A stretch of DNA of 64,000 nucleotides from Vulcanisaeta sp. AZ3 (GTDB lineage Archaea > Thermoproteota > Thermoprotei > Thermoproteales > Thermocladiaceae), in assembly GCA_000960865.2 (NCBI GenBank), contig JZWU02000001.1, forward strand, positions 39,160 through 103,159, read 5' to 3'. Within the stretch, counting starts at the first letter, position 1; each line of letters begins with the position of its first letter. This document shows positions 50,908 through 61,327 of this stretch, one piece after another. The translations under genes and the position numbers were made by a program. The notes below the pieces were generated by a model. It was given only the letters and a program-made list of their open reading frames with translations, ran no database searches and was not told the DNA's origin.

Positions 50908-51855
50908 GTGGGTTTTGATTTTAAGGGTGAGTTTTTGAGGTTGTTGAGGGAGGATGAGGAGTTTAGGTACGCAGTAATGGGCTTGTTAGGCATTAGGGAG
51001 ATTCTTGATGCTATTAAGGCGTTGCAGGAACAGGTTGCTAAGAATACTGAGGCTATTAGGGCGCTTCAAGAGCAAGTGGCTAGGCATAGTGAAGTTATTG
51101 TATCATTACAAGAGCAGGTTACTAAACATACAGAGGCAATTAGGGCATTGCAGGAGCAAGTTGCTAGGAATACCGAAGCCATCAAAACGCTACAAGAACA
51201 AGTCACTAAGCATACAGAGGCCATTAGAGCATTACAAGAACAAGTGGCCAAGCACAGTGAGGTTATTGAGTCATTACAGAGAAGCGTCATATCGCTTCAA
51301 GAACAAGTGGCTAAGCATACCGAAGCTATCATGGCGCTTCAGGAGCAGGTGGCTAAACACGGTGAAGTCATTAAGGCGTTACAGGAGCAGGTTGATAGGA
51401 ATACCGAGGCTATCGTGACATTACAGGGGAGAGTTGAGTCATTAGAGAGGAGTCATAGGGAGCTAGCCGCACTTATAACCGCCCTGGGTAATAGGTATGG
51501 TGTAGCCACTGAGGAAGCGTTTAGAAACGCCATTAAGTACTTAATTGAGGACTTACTGAAGACTTATGAAGTTAGGAAGTGGACTTACTACGACAGTGAG
51601 GGTATTGTTTTTGGGCATCCATCAATGATTGATGTAGATGTTTTAGTCAAGGATGGAGAACACATGCTGGTTGAGTATAAGGCGAGTATTGATAGAAACG
51701 ACGTAGCCGAATTAGCTAGGGAGGGCGTACTATATGAGAGAGTAACAGGAATAAAGCCTAAGCTACTAATCATAGGACCAACAGCAAGAAAGAGAGCCAT
51801 AGAACTAGCCAAAGCACTAAACATAGAAGTCAGGACATCACAAATCACAGAATAA
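50908..51855 (+). CDS. Coiled-coil protein with C-terminal PD-(D/E)XK-like nuclease domain (DUF3782-like)
   Basis: LLREDEEFRYAV N-terminus, heptad repeats, E..FR...DVDV..LVEYK. Confidence 0.82.
   Translation: MGFDFKGEFLRLLREDEEFRYAVMGLLGIREILDAIKALQEQVAKNTEAIRALQEQVARHSEVIVSLQEQVTKHTEAIRALQEQVARNTEAIKTLQEQVTKHTEAIRALQEQVAKHSEVIESLQRSVISLQEQVAKHTEAIMALQEQVAKHGEVIKALQEQVDRNTEAIVTLQGRVESLERSHRELAALITALGNRYGVATEEAFRNAIKYLIEDLLKTYEVRKWTYYDSEGIVFGHPSMIDVDVLVKDGEHMLVEYKASIDRNDVAELAREGVLYERVTGIKPKLLIIGPTARKRAIELAKALNIEVRTSQITE
51010..51450 (+). repeat. About ten imperfect 42-bp tandem repeats encoding AIRALQEQVAKHTE-type units
   Basis: Repeated LQEQV.(K/R)(H/N).E units, with one 7-aa half unit. Confidence 0.92.
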
Positions 51856-51877
51856 CAAACACAAAAACAAAACTCAC

Positions 51878-52005
51878 GTCCTTCTCACCCTGAAAGGTGA
51901 GAATTTCCTAGTCTCATTGCCGCAGCATGCAGGACTAACCACACATGCCTCTGCTCTGTCTGCCCAGCGGTAATTAAAAACAAAAACTTACCCCGACCCT
52001 TGAAG
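51878..52005. mobile_element. Possible non-autonomous IS200/IS605-type relic (MITE-like)
   Basis: Perfect hairpin TTCTCACC-CTGAAA-GGTGAGAA (51882-51903) and related CTTACCCCGACCCTTGAAG (51987-52005). Confidence 0.45.
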
Positions 52006-52019
52006 TGTTTTTACCAATA

Positions 52020-52553
52020 TCACCCAAACGCAGTCTTAACAGGCACAATCCGCTCCCTACACACCTCCTGGGCCAACCTAACAGGATCATCCAAATACCT
52101 AATCCTAACAACCCTCCTATCATCAACATACTCAGGAAACGCCTTAGGCAAAACATCACTACTCAAATTCGTACCCGTAAGCACAAAAACAGGCCTACCA
52201 ATAGCATAAGCCAAAAGCACCTCAACCATAGTCCCAGCACCACCACCAAGAACCACAAGCAAATCCCCAGACCTAACCAAAACCACAGACCTACACCTAA
52301 ACTCACACCCACTATCAATCCTAACAACACCACTAGGCAACTCAACATCATGCCTCTCAATAGGCAAAACAACCACAACCCTAAAACCAAGCTTCAAAGC
52401 CTCATCAACAACAAACTTCATAAAACCCCAATAACCACCAAGAACAAGCGTCGCATCAGGACACCGAGAATGAAGCTCCTTAAGAAAATCCCTAGCCATA
52501 GCCTCAACCTTAGCATCCACAGAACTACTATGGGCCGCTATGGCAATCTGCAT
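52020..52553 (-). CDS. LOG/SLOG family nucleotide-binding protein
   Basis: GGYWG.M, RS..LV and GGGAGTMVE motifs. Confidence 0.82.
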   Translation of the reverse strand: MQIAIAAHSSSVDAKVEAMARDFLKELHSRCPDATLVLGGYWGFMKFVVDEALKLGFRVVVVLPIERHDVELPSGVVRIDSGCEFRCRSVVLVRSGDLLVVLGGGAGTMVEVLLAYAIGRPVFVLTGTNLSSDVLPKAFPEYVDDRRVVRIRYLDDPVRLAQEVCRERIVPVKTAFG

Positions 52554-52594
52554 CAACCACAACCATAAACAACCCACTTTATTAATATGACTAC

Positions 52595-53632
52595 TCAACG
52601 AGGCCTACCCAAAGCCTCCTTAATCCTAGGTATTATATGCTCATGAATCACGTAATCCACAACCTCCTTACAACCACCACAATTAATAGCCGACACACGA
52701 AAAACAGGCAAAGCCCCATCCACAGAAGCCACACCAGCCAAAGCACTACCCGCCTCACCCTCCGTAGCCACATCAACCTTATTCATAAGCACAATCACAG
52801 GAGAACCAAAACTACCCCTAACCTCCCTCAACAAATCAAACTGCTCCTTAAGCGAATAACCACCCTGACTCGTAGGATCAATAATAAACACAATAACATG
52901 AGCCAAATGCCTCAAAGCCAATATAGCCTGAAGCTCAATCTTATTACGCTCACTCAACGGCCTATCAAGAAGACCAGGCGTATCAATAACCTGAACCTTA
53001 ACATCATTAAGCACCCAGAAATGCCCAACATGAAGCTCCTTAGTCGTAAAAGGATACTCAGCAACCTTAGGCCTACCACTACTAACACAACGAACAAAAC
53101 TACTCTTACCAACATTAGGCATACCAGCCACAACAATAGTAAACAAACCAGGATCAATACCAGGCAACCTATCCAACTTAGCAGCCACAGACTTAAGGAA
53201 ATTTAACTCAGGACTCAAATCCATAATCAAATCCCTAACCCTAGCAAGGAAATCCCTACGAGCCCTCAAAATATCAAAATTAGTAGTAGCAGACCTAATA
53301 GCAACAACAGCATCCCTATATATAGACACCACAGCCCTAGTAGCATGACCAACCTTAGCCAAAGAATGCCTATACTCATTCACATCAACCAACAACCCAA
53401 TCAACTCCCTATAAAAAGGATGCAAAGAATCCAAAAAAGGCATCCCAAGAGCAACACCCCTAAAAGTATCAAACAAATACCTCCTAACCTCCCAAACCCT
53501 CCTCAACTCAAGCCTCCTCAACCTATCAACACCAGCCTCAACACTAGGACTCCTAGCCTGAAGACTAGAGTAAACACCAACAACACCACTCCACAACTCC
53601 TCACCACTCGGCACATAAGGCGCCCTAACCAC
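52595..53632 (-). CDS. NOG1 family GTPase
   Basis: GMPNVGKSS, YPFTTK, DTPGLLDRP..ERN.IE and NKVD. Confidence 0.92.
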   Translation of the reverse strand: MVRAPYVPSGEELWSGVVGVYSSLQARSPSVEAGVDRLRRLELRRVWEVRRYLFDTFRGVALGMPFLDSLHPFYRELIGLLVDVNEYRHSLAKVGHATRAVVSIYRDAVVAIRSATTNFDILRARRDFLARVRDLIMDLSPELNFLKSVAAKLDRLPGIDPGLFTIVVAGMPNVGKSSFVRCVSSGRPKVAEYPFTTKELHVGHFWVLNDVKVQVIDTPGLLDRPLSERNKIELQAILALRHLAHVIVFIIDPTSQGGYSLKEQFDLLREVRGSFGSPVIVLMNKVDVATEGEAGSALAGVASVDGALPVFRVSAINCGGCKEVVDYVIHEHIIPRIKEALGRPR

Positions 53633-53737
53633 ACCAACAACACACTAAACCCTTAATAAAGGCTTGCGCAAAACAACAATATAAATAAAATACATAGACA
53701 CAATCAATTAATAAAACAAGAACAAGAACAAACAAGA

Positions 53738-54307
53738 ATGAATAAAATAAACACAGCAGGCCTAATACTCTTCATAGGCGTAGCCCAATTCCTACTAGCC
53801 ATGATAATCGCAGAAGCACTATACCCAAGCTACTCAGTAAGCCACAACTACATAAGCGACCTAGGCGTCGGACCAGTCGCACCCATATTCAACACATCAA
53901 TAATAATAATGGGAATACTACTAATAATCGCAGCCATACTACTAGGAATAGGACAAAAAGGATTACCAATAGTACTGACCAGAGTACTACCAATAACACT
54001 AGGCCTAGCAGGCATTGGAGCCATGGGCGTCGGCATATTCCCAGAAACAATACACCCATACCACCTAATCTCCGCCCTAATCGTCTTCCTATTCTCATCA
54101 ATCTCCTCCTACCCAACAATAAAAATCTCAAGAAGCCCTGGGAAAATACTATGGCCAATACTAGGAACAATGGGCCTAATAGCCCTAATACTATTCATAA
54201 CAGGCACATACCTAGGCCTAGGACCAGGAGGAATGGAAAGAATGATAACATACCCAAACCTAATCTGGGCCCTAGCATTCGGAACAGAACTCATGAACTA
54301 CAAATAA
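53738..54307 (+). CDS. DUF998-like membrane protein
   Basis: YS...NYISDLG, GVGIFPE..H and GGMER motifs. Confidence 0.8.
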   Translation: MNKINTAGLILFIGVAQFLLAMIIAEALYPSYSVSHNYISDLGVGPVAPIFNTSIIIMGILLIIAAILLGIGQKGLPIVLTRVLPITLGLAGIGAMGVGIFPETIHPYHLISALIVFLFSSISSYPTIKISRSPGKILWPILGTMGLIALILFITGTYLGLGPGGMERMITYPNLIWALAFGTELMNYK

Positions 54308-54504
54308 CACAACAAACCACACACAACTCAAAAACACAATCTTCTCACCCTCCTCCTCAGCTCATAAACTCCTCAATAATTCCTTAAAAACATACAACTG
54401 AGGTTAATCTCAAGGCCTGAGATCGCCCGTCTCATGATTAATCCCTTGTACTTATTTAGGAATGAAGCATAAGACTTTAAATCACCCAAAGAACAAATCC
54501 ACAA

Positions 54505-54581
54505 GCCGCCGTAGCTCAGCCTGGTGGAGCGCCTCACTGGTAATGAGGAGGTCCCGGGTTCGAATCCCGGCGGCGGCTCCA
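54505..54581 (+). tRNA. tRNA-Thr(GGT), intronless, CCA encoded
   Basis: GCCGCCG/CGGCGGC acceptor, CCTCA-CT GGT AA-TGAGG anticodon arm, TTCGAAT T-loop. Confidence 0.97.
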
Positions 54582-54791
54582 GCCCCACAACCCTCACCAC
54601 TTCATATAGGCAAAAACCCACACTAGATTATGAGCAAGACGATCATTAACAAACCTCACAACCACCACAAAAGAACAAGACCCACAATACCAACCTCACC
54701 AGGATCTTTCGTATTTTCAACAATAACTATTTAGTAATTCAACAGCCCATTACATGTTATTATGAATATGCAGAACTTAAGAAGGTGCAGT

Positions 54792-55082
54792 ATGTCCGGA
54801 CTCAGAATCTATAAACTACCCTATAGAGTAAGGATATACATAAACAACCAAGTCCTAATCCCAGCAAGCCTAGTCAGAACTCTAAACGTAGCAAACCTCA
54901 GATACGCAACCATAACATTCGCACACAACGGAGCCACGATAACAATTGAAGGAATCAAACTCCTAAGAACAAGACACACAGACTCCAGACAATTCACAAT
55001 ACCTAGAGAAGTCAGGGAAGCCTACGGCATTGAACCCAGAGACGAAATAGAAATAATAGACATAAAACCACACAACCCCTAA
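54792..55082 (+). CDS. AbrB/MazE-like DNA-binding protein
   Basis: QVLIPA and QFTIPREVRE.YGI...DEIEI duplicated swapped-hairpin motifs. Confidence 0.75.
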   Translation: MSGLRIYKLPYRVRIYINNQVLIPASLVRTLNVANLRYATITFAHNGATITIEGIKLLRTRHTDSRQFTIPREVREAYGIEPRDEIEIIDIKPHNP

Positions 55083-56911
55083 CCACCACACAAAGGCCCA
55101 ACAATCACTATCGACCTAACAAAATACGTAGAATTCACAACATAATTCGCATAAGCCACAATAGGAACCTCCACATACCCATCCACCCTCACAGTAAAAG
55201 ACACCTCATTAGACCCAACCCTCAAATCCACAGACCTACCATCAAAATCCACAGAAGCTAAAGACACGTTTAAGGACTTAATATACTCAGGACCAACCCA
55301 ACCATAGGTAATCGTCACATTATAAACACCAGGCAATAAATAAACACCCCCCACAAACCACTCACCAGAAGGCTCACTAGGCGTATGCATCACACCATCA
55401 ACACCAAAAACACCATTCACCACAGACACATTACCAGGCCCCAACACAACCCTAACCGAACGACAAAGAACAGGCGGACCACTATAATTCGCCTTAAGAA
55501 TGAGTAAGTCATAACCAAGAACAGCATAAACCCCATAACCCCTACTCAAGGCTAAATTCACATACGCATCATAAGGCGTACCCCACCAAGTAAACCAAGG
55601 ACTACTCGGCTGAGCAACAATATACTCAGGCTTTAACCAAGGATACCACTGAGTATAGGCATTAACATCATTAGCAAAAGGCGGAAAAAGATTATTCTGC
55701 ACAAGAACAGTAGCATTACCAGGCACGAGACTCAACCCCCTCCAAACCTCAGCATCAACACTAGTAAACACATAATGAAAATGAACAAGCGGACTCACAC
55801 CAAGAAAAACAATAAACGAAGAAACAAAAACAAGCACAACAAACCTACCAACCCCATCCCTAGACAACCTAGCCAAAGCCATTAAGGACGCTGCAATAAT
55901 AAATGGAATAGAAAAAGAACCATACTGAAAGAACGGACTATAATAAATAGTATTATTAGTCAAAAAAGCAGCAAGAGGCCAGGCAAGCGAAGGCAAAACA
56001 AGAGGATCCAAAAAAGATGTAAAGGCAGTGGGTGCATACAACTCGAGAAAGTAGAGGAATTTCTGAGTACCATTAACAGAATACAAACCCACCAAAAGAC
56101 TAGGATCCCTAAGCACAGCAAACACAACACCAAAACCAGAATACGAAGAATACACAGCAGGCAAACCAGAAAGAGACGACGAAGTCGTAGGCCCCAACGG
56201 ATTAAACACAGACTTAAGCCACAACGCCAAAACCAACACACCCACCGAAACAAGGATCGTAACCACACCATGAAGAACATCAACCCTCCTCCTCCAACCC
56301 CTAACTAATTGATACACGCCAAGGAGCGCCATGGGTATTGGCGCAAACTCAATAGTACCCAGGGCAAGCAAGAGCATGGGATAATAAAGCCTCCACCTAC
56401 CCCTAATCAAGGCGTAAATGGCAAATAGAGCCAAAGGCATGAAAATAGTCTCCATATGAAAATCAAAAGAATTAGCACCCTGAACCAAAGGATCCAACAA
56501 ATAAATCAAGGCAAAAAACGCACCAAGACCCTCCCTACCCAAATACCTACCCAACCAATAAATAGGAAGAGCACCCAAAGCCACAAACACAGACTGAACA
56601 ACCAAAAGCGTAACAGGACTAGGATAAACAGCATAGATAGGCAGGAATAGAAATAAAGTCGGCGAAAAATGAATATCCAAGAAACTATAACCAATAGGAC
56701 CAGGCCTAGGAATCAAAGCAACATCAACACTCTCATAAAAAAGCCTATGATAATAAAGAGTCGAGGCTAAGGCTTGAACAAAAATACCAAGATCAGCAGC
56801 ATGAGTATGAAACGTATAATACTTAAGCAAAGTATAATAAGACATCACAATAACATAAACCAAAACACCCACATAAACAACCAAGGAATAAAACGAAAAA
56901 CGCCTACCCAC
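55079..56911 (-). CDS. DUF2079-like multi-pass membrane protein (GT-C-like)
   Basis: DLGIF.Q, HFSP, LL..QS and FDFH motifs. Confidence 0.75.
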   Translation of the reverse strand: MGRRFSFYSLVVYVGVLVYVIVMSYYTLLKYYTFHTHAADLGIFVQALASTLYYHRLFYESVDVALIPRPGPIGYSFLDIHFSPTLFLFLPIYAVYPSPVTLLVVQSVFVALGALPIYWLGRYLGREGLGAFFALIYLLDPLVQGANSFDFHMETIFMPLALFAIYALIRGRWRLYYPMLLLALGTIEFAPIPMALLGVYQLVRGWRRRVDVLHGVVTILVSVGVLVLALWLKSVFNPLGPTTSSSLSGLPAVYSSYSGFGVVFAVLRDPSLLVGLYSVNGTQKFLYFLELYAPTAFTSFLDPLVLPSLAWPLAAFLTNNTIYYSPFFQYGSFSIPFIIAASLMALARLSRDGVGRFVVLVFVSSFIVFLGVSPLVHFHYVFTSVDAEVWRGLSLVPGNATVLVQNNLFPPFANDVNAYTQWYPWLKPEYIVAQPSSPWFTWWGTPYDAYVNLALSRGYGVYAVLGYDLLILKANYSGPPVLCRSVRVVLGPGNVSVVNGVFGVDGVMHTPSEPSGEWFVGGVYLLPGVYNVTITYGWVGPEYIKSLNVSLASVDFDGRSVDLRVGSNEVSFTVRVDGYVEVPIVAYANYVVNSTYFVRSIVIVGPLCGG

Positions 56912-56950
56912 AAATAAGACAATCCAGAAACCCTAATTAACTTAACCCAC

Positions 56951-57736
56951 TCAACCCATAAAATCAAGAATCGACTTACCACCACCCTTACCCCCACGAG
57001 GAACCTCAACACAATCAACATCCACAGACCTAACCCCACCCCCATCAACCTCAAGCACAATAGGCCTCCACAAATTAATGAAAGAGGCATTAATAATATA
57101 CGAACCACCAGACCTAACACACCTAACCCTAGCCTCATGAGCATGACCATGAACAGCAATCACACCATTACCAAAAACAACACCCTCCAAATCCCTAACC
57201 CCCAACATAGGCCAAACCCTAGGATCCTCACCAACCACAGTCCTAAAAGACGGAGAATAATGAACCAACAACACAGTCAAACCCTCAGGAAAAGGAGAAC
57301 TAAGAACACCCCTCAACCACTTAACCCTATGCCTATAAACATCAACAATACCCGGCATATTCCTCGACTGCCACCGCGTAGGCCTCTCTAAGGAACCCTC
57401 CGAACCAACAATCCTAAACATAACACCACCCAAGGGAACCTTAACAACCTCATCATTAAGCCACCTAATGAAACCGAGAGCCCTAGCCCGAGGCAAAACC
57501 TCACGATTATCAGACACAGAAAAAATATCATGATTACCAGGCACAGCAAAAACAACATCACTCAACCCCCTAAGCACATCAATCAAAACCCTCAAACCAT
57601 CAATACTACCACCCTCCATCAAATCCCCAGCAATCAAAACACCATCAAACCGACCCAAACCCCTAACAGCCTCCCTAAACCTACCAAAGTACTTAGGCGA
57701 ATGAATATCCGCAGTAACCAAAAGCCGAACAACCAC
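56951..57736 (-). CDS. Calcineurin-like metallophosphoesterase
   Basis: ADIH, AGDL, PGNHD, HY.P and HGHAH motifs. Confidence 0.88.
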   Translation of the reverse strand: MVVRLLVTADIHSPKYFGRFREAVRGLGRFDGVLIAGDLMEGGSIDGLRVLIDVLRGLSDVVFAVPGNHDIFSVSDNREVLPRARALGFIRWLNDEVVKVPLGGVMFRIVGSEGSLERPTRWQSRNMPGIVDVYRHRVKWLRGVLSSPFPEGLTVLLVHYSPSFRTVVGEDPRVWPMLGVRDLEGVVFGNGVIAVHGHAHEARVRCVRSGGSYIINASFINLWRPIVLEVDGGGVRSVDVDCVEVPRGGKGGGKSILDFMG

Positions 57737-57787
57737 ACAACAAACCACACAGTAATCATTAAATTACTTACCAACAAAACACACAAA

Positions 57788-58291
57788 ATGAACAATGAAT
57801 TAGCACTAAACAAGTGCGACCCAAACAACGACATGCAAACAATAATAGAACTAGAAAGAGCAATATTCAAACCAAGCGAACAATACACACTAGGCTTCAT
57901 AAACTGGCTCTGCAACAACTGCACAGAATACTCATACATAGCCACAATAAACAACAAACCCACAGGCTACATAATATCATGCATAGAAGGACACAAGAGA
58001 GGCCACGTAATATCCGTAGGAGTCCTAACAGAACACCGCAGAAAAGGCATTGGAGAAGCACTCATGATAAAATCAATATGCACAATGGCCAGTAAAGGCA
58101 TAGACCACGTAATACTCGAAGTAAGAGTATCCAACACACCAGCCATAACACTATACCAAAAACTAGGCTTCGAAATAAAAGACCTACTAAGAGCATACTA
58201 CAACGATGGAGAAGACGGATACCTAATGATACTAAACAACAAAAAACTCAAAGAACTCACAAACAAATACTGCACAGAAAAAATCACCTAG
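57788..58291 (+). CDS. RimI/Ard1 family N-acetyltransferase
   Basis: GHVIS.GV...RRKGIG, LEVRVSN..AI.LY and YY.DGEDG motifs. Confidence 0.9.
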   Translation: MNNELALNKCDPNNDMQTIIELERAIFKPSEQYTLGFINWLCNNCTEYSYIATINNKPTGYIISCIEGHKRGHVISVGVLTEHRRKGIGEALMIKSICTMASKGIDHVILEVRVSNTPAITLYQKLGFEIKDLLRAYYNDGEDGYLMILNNKKLKELTNKYCTEKIT

Positions 58292-59171
58292 AAACCCTAC
58301 TAACCACAGGCCTACCACCAACAAACCCCAACTCAACAACACCCTCATCAGCAAGCCAACCCACGTAAGAAAGCAAGGCAGACCTATTAAGAAAATAATT
58401 AGGAAGAGAATCAACACCAAAATCACCAAGAACCCTCACAACCAAATCATCAAGCCCAACAGAACCACTAGACAAATGACTAAGAACAACATCCCTCAAC
58501 CTAGTAATAACCCTCACATTCTCATCAATAATAGAAACAGCCTCAGAAGGACTAACCACACCCCCATGAGCAGGAACAACATGAACATAACCACCAACCA
58601 AACCCCTCAACCTACCCAAACTATCCAAAGCACCCCTAACATCCAAATGATAAGGCACACCATACTTACGAATAACATCAACAGGGAAAAACGCATCCGC
58701 AGAAAACAAAACACCCTCATAAGCAATACCCACCATACCCAAGGTATGCCCAGGCAAAGACACAACATCAAAACCAACCTCACCCCTCAACTCCCCAACA
58801 TCCCTAACAGAAACACCCTCAGCCTCCAAAAACTTACCCCTCAAAACCCTAGGCGGAAAAGCACCATACAAATAAAGAGGCTCAAGCAAAGGCCTCTCAA
58901 TAAAAGGCCCATCCTCAGGAGACGCATAAACCAAGGCATTAGTCCTCCTAACAATCAACGCATCACCACCAATATGATCAGCATGATGATGAGTATTAAC
59001 AACAGCCCTAACCCTAACATTCAACTCCCTAATAGAATTAAGAACCCTCCTACCAGAATCCTCATCAATACCAGTATCAATAATCACACACTCATTACCA
59101 AAAACAATAACACCAACATTCGTCCTACCAGGAACAACAAACACATGATCACTCAACCTAACCAAAGGCAT
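58284..59171 (-). CDS. Metallo-beta-lactamase fold hydrolase
   Basis: IDTG, THHHADH.GG, PGHT and PAHG motifs. Confidence 0.88.
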   Translation of the reverse strand: MPLVRLSDHVFVVPGRTNVGVIVFGNECVIIDTGIDEDSGRRVLNSIRELNVRVRAVVNTHHHADHIGGDALIVRRTNALVYASPEDGPFIERPLLEPLYLYGAFPPRVLRGKFLEAEGVSVRDVGELRGEVGFDVVSLPGHTLGMVGIAYEGVLFSADAFFPVDVIRKYGVPYHLDVRGALDSLGRLRGLVGGYVHVVPAHGGVVSPSEAVSIIDENVRVITRLRDVVLSHLSSGSVGLDDLVVRVLGDFGVDSLPNYFLNRSALLSYVGWLADEGVVELGFVGGRPVVSRVSR

Positions 59172-59202
59172 TAACAAACAAACAAAAACCAACTAATAAA
59201 AA

Positions 59203-60363
59203 TTAAGCCTGCCTCAAGGCCTGATCCAAATCCTCAATTATATCATTAACATCCTCAAGACCAACACTAAGCCTAAGCAAATTATCCCTAATACCAGCCC
59301 TACCCCTCAACTCAGGACTCCAATGAACATGCGTAGTAGAAGCAGGATGCGTAATAATACTATCAACACCACCAAAACTCACACTAGGAATAATCAACCT
59401 AACACCCCTATAAACCCTCAAAGCCTCCTCAACCCCACCCCTAACCTCAAAACTAACCACACCACCACAATTACCAAGAAGCCTCCTAGCAACCTCATAA
59501 GACTCATGACTAGGCAGGCACGGATAATAAACCCTCTCAACCCTAGGATGATCCAACAAAAACTCAGCCACAGCCCTAGCACTCTCCTCATGCCTCCTCA
59601 TCCTAACATGAAGAGTCTTCAAACCCCTATCAATAAGAAAGGCAGAGAAAGGCTCCATAATAGTACCAAGAAACCTCCTCCACTCCCAAACACTCCTCAT
59701 AGAATCAACATCAGAACCAACAACAAAACCACCAACAACATCATTATGACCACCAAGAAACTTAGTAGCACTATGAACAACAAAATCAACCCCAAACCCA
59801 ATAGGCGTAACCCCAATGGGAGTAGCAATCGTATTATCAACAACAACCCTAGCCCCAACCTCACGAGCAGCCTTAACAATACTAGGAATATCATAAACCC
59901 TAAGAAGAGGATTAGAAACAGACTCAAAAAACACAACATCCACACCCCTACCTATAGACCCAATCAAAGAATCACTACCAGGATCAACAACCAAAACCCT
60001 AACCCCAAACTTACCCAACCTATCAAGAAGAACCAAGGTAGAACCATAAACATCAAGAGGAACCAAAACAGTCGAACCAGGCTTTAACAAAGACAACAAA
60101 AGCGTACTAATCGCAGCCATACCACTAGAAGTACCAACACAATCAACACCACGCTCAAGCCCAGCCACCTTACCCTCCACAACATAAACAGTAGGATTAT
60201 CCTCCCTAGAATACTTCAAAGGAGCACCATGAGGAGCCACCTTACCCTCAGGCTCCCTAAAATCAAAAAGAGCAGACTGATAAATAGGCTCCACAACAGG
60301 CCCAATCCCATCATCAACAACACGCCCAGCCCCACCACGAACAACCCTAGTACCCACACCCAC
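59203..60363 (-). CDS. metB: Cystathionine gamma-synthase/lyase family PLP enzyme
   Basis: YSREDNPT, SSGMAAI, VDNT, HSATKFLGGH and RLSVGLE motifs. Confidence 0.85.
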   Translation of the reverse strand: MGVGTRVVRGGAGRVVDDGIGPVVEPIYQSALFDFREPEGKVAPHGAPLKYSREDNPTVYVVEGKVAGLERGVDCVGTSSGMAAISTLLLSLLKPGSTVLVPLDVYGSTLVLLDRLGKFGVRVLVVDPGSDSLIGSIGRGVDVVFFESVSNPLLRVYDIPSIVKAAREVGARVVVDNTIATPIGVTPIGFGVDFVVHSATKFLGGHNDVVGGFVVGSDVDSMRSVWEWRRFLGTIMEPFSAFLIDRGLKTLHVRMRRHEESARAVAEFLLDHPRVERVYYPCLPSHESYEVARRLLGNCGGVVSFEVRGGVEEALRVYRGVRLIIPSVSFGGVDSIITHPASTTHVHWSPELRGRAGIRDNLLRLSVGLEDVNDIIEDLDQALRQA

Positions 60364-60406
60364 AAACCAGTGAAGACCCAACCATAGATAAACATTGCCC
60401 CCAAAA

Positions 60407-61255
60407 TCACAAACCCCTAACCCTAGACCTAACCCAACCCTCAACCTCCTGATTAATCTCACGACCCCTCCTAGCAGCCTCCTCAACCATATCCATAACC
60501 AAACCCCTCAAACCCCTAACCTCAGCAACCCTCAACCCCCTAATCGTAACACCACCAGGCGTAGCAACACCCTCAACAACACCCCAAGGCCTCAAAACCC
60601 TAGCCAACTCCAAACCACTCTCCAAAGTAGCCAAAGCCAAATCCCAAGAAACATCAGAAGGAACACCAAGCAACAAACCAGCCTCCCACAAACCCTCAAG
60701 AAAAACAGCAACAAAAGCAGGACCAGAACCACTAATAGCAGTCACAGCATCAAGAACCCTCTCATCAACAACAAAACACCTACCCATAGAACCAAAAACA
60801 CCACAAACAAAATCAACATCACCCTTAGAAACCCTAGAACCAGGAGCAACAGCAGTCACACCCCTCTCAATAACAACACCAAGATTAGGCATAGCCCTAA
60901 CAACCCTAGCCCTAACCAAACCCTCAAGAACACCAATAGAGACACCAGCAACAACAGAAACCAACAACTGACCCTCACCCAAAACATCACGAACACTCAA
61001 CAAAGCATCAACAACCTGAAAAGGCTTAACAGCAAGGAAAACAACATCACTACCCCTAACAACCTCAACATTATCAGTCGTCACAAAAACACCAGGCAAC
61101 TCCCTCCTAACACGCTCAACGTTCCCAACCCTACCAACACTACCAACAATACTACCAGGATCAACACCAGACCTAACAAGAGCCCTAGCAATAGCACCCC
61201 CAATCCTACCCAACCCAATTATACCAAACCTGGCAATAAAACCACCAAACCCCAA
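60407..61255 (-). CDS. proC: Pyrroline-5-carboxylate reductase (start uncertain)
   Basis: IIGLGRIG, LAVKP, RAMPN, SGSGPA and ATPGG.T motifs. Confidence 0.92.
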   Translation of the reverse strand: MGFGGFIARFGIIGLGRIGGAIARALVRSGVDPGSIVGSVGRVGNVERVRRELPGVFVTTDNVEVVRGSDVVFLAVKPFQVVDALLSVRDVLGEGQLLVSVVAGVSIGVLEGLVRARVVRAMPNLGVVIERGVTAVAPGSRVSKGDVDFVCGVFGSMGRCFVVDERVLDAVTAISGSGPAFVAVFLEGLWEAGLLLGVPSDVSWDLALATLESGLELARVLRPWGVVEGVATPGGVTIRGLRVAEVRGLRGLVMDMVEEAARRGREINQEVEGWVRSRVRGL

Positions 61256-61280
61256 ATAAATAAAGTATTTATAAACATTA

Positions 61281-61327
61281 TCAGCCCAAAAACCACATCA
61301 CCAATCAACCTGGCTAGGAATCATCAC
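61281..61327 (-). ncRNA. C/D box methylation-guide sRNA
   Basis: Minus strand GTGATGA-ttcctagccagg-TTGA-ttg-GTGATGT-ggtttttggg-CTGA. Confidence 0.75.

Noticed and set aside
51010-51450. 42-bp repeats as a possible CRISPR array
   Set aside because: Contiguous, in-frame and degenerate at third positions, with no unique spacers; they encode a coiled coil.
54373-54621. 82-aa minus-strand ORF
   Set aside because: Antisense of tRNA-Thr (EPPPGFEPGT is a tRNA shadow).
54581-55082. Integrated element at tRNA-Thr
   Set aside because: No integrase and no duplicated tRNA 3' end seen in the window; AbrB-like gene alone is insufficient.
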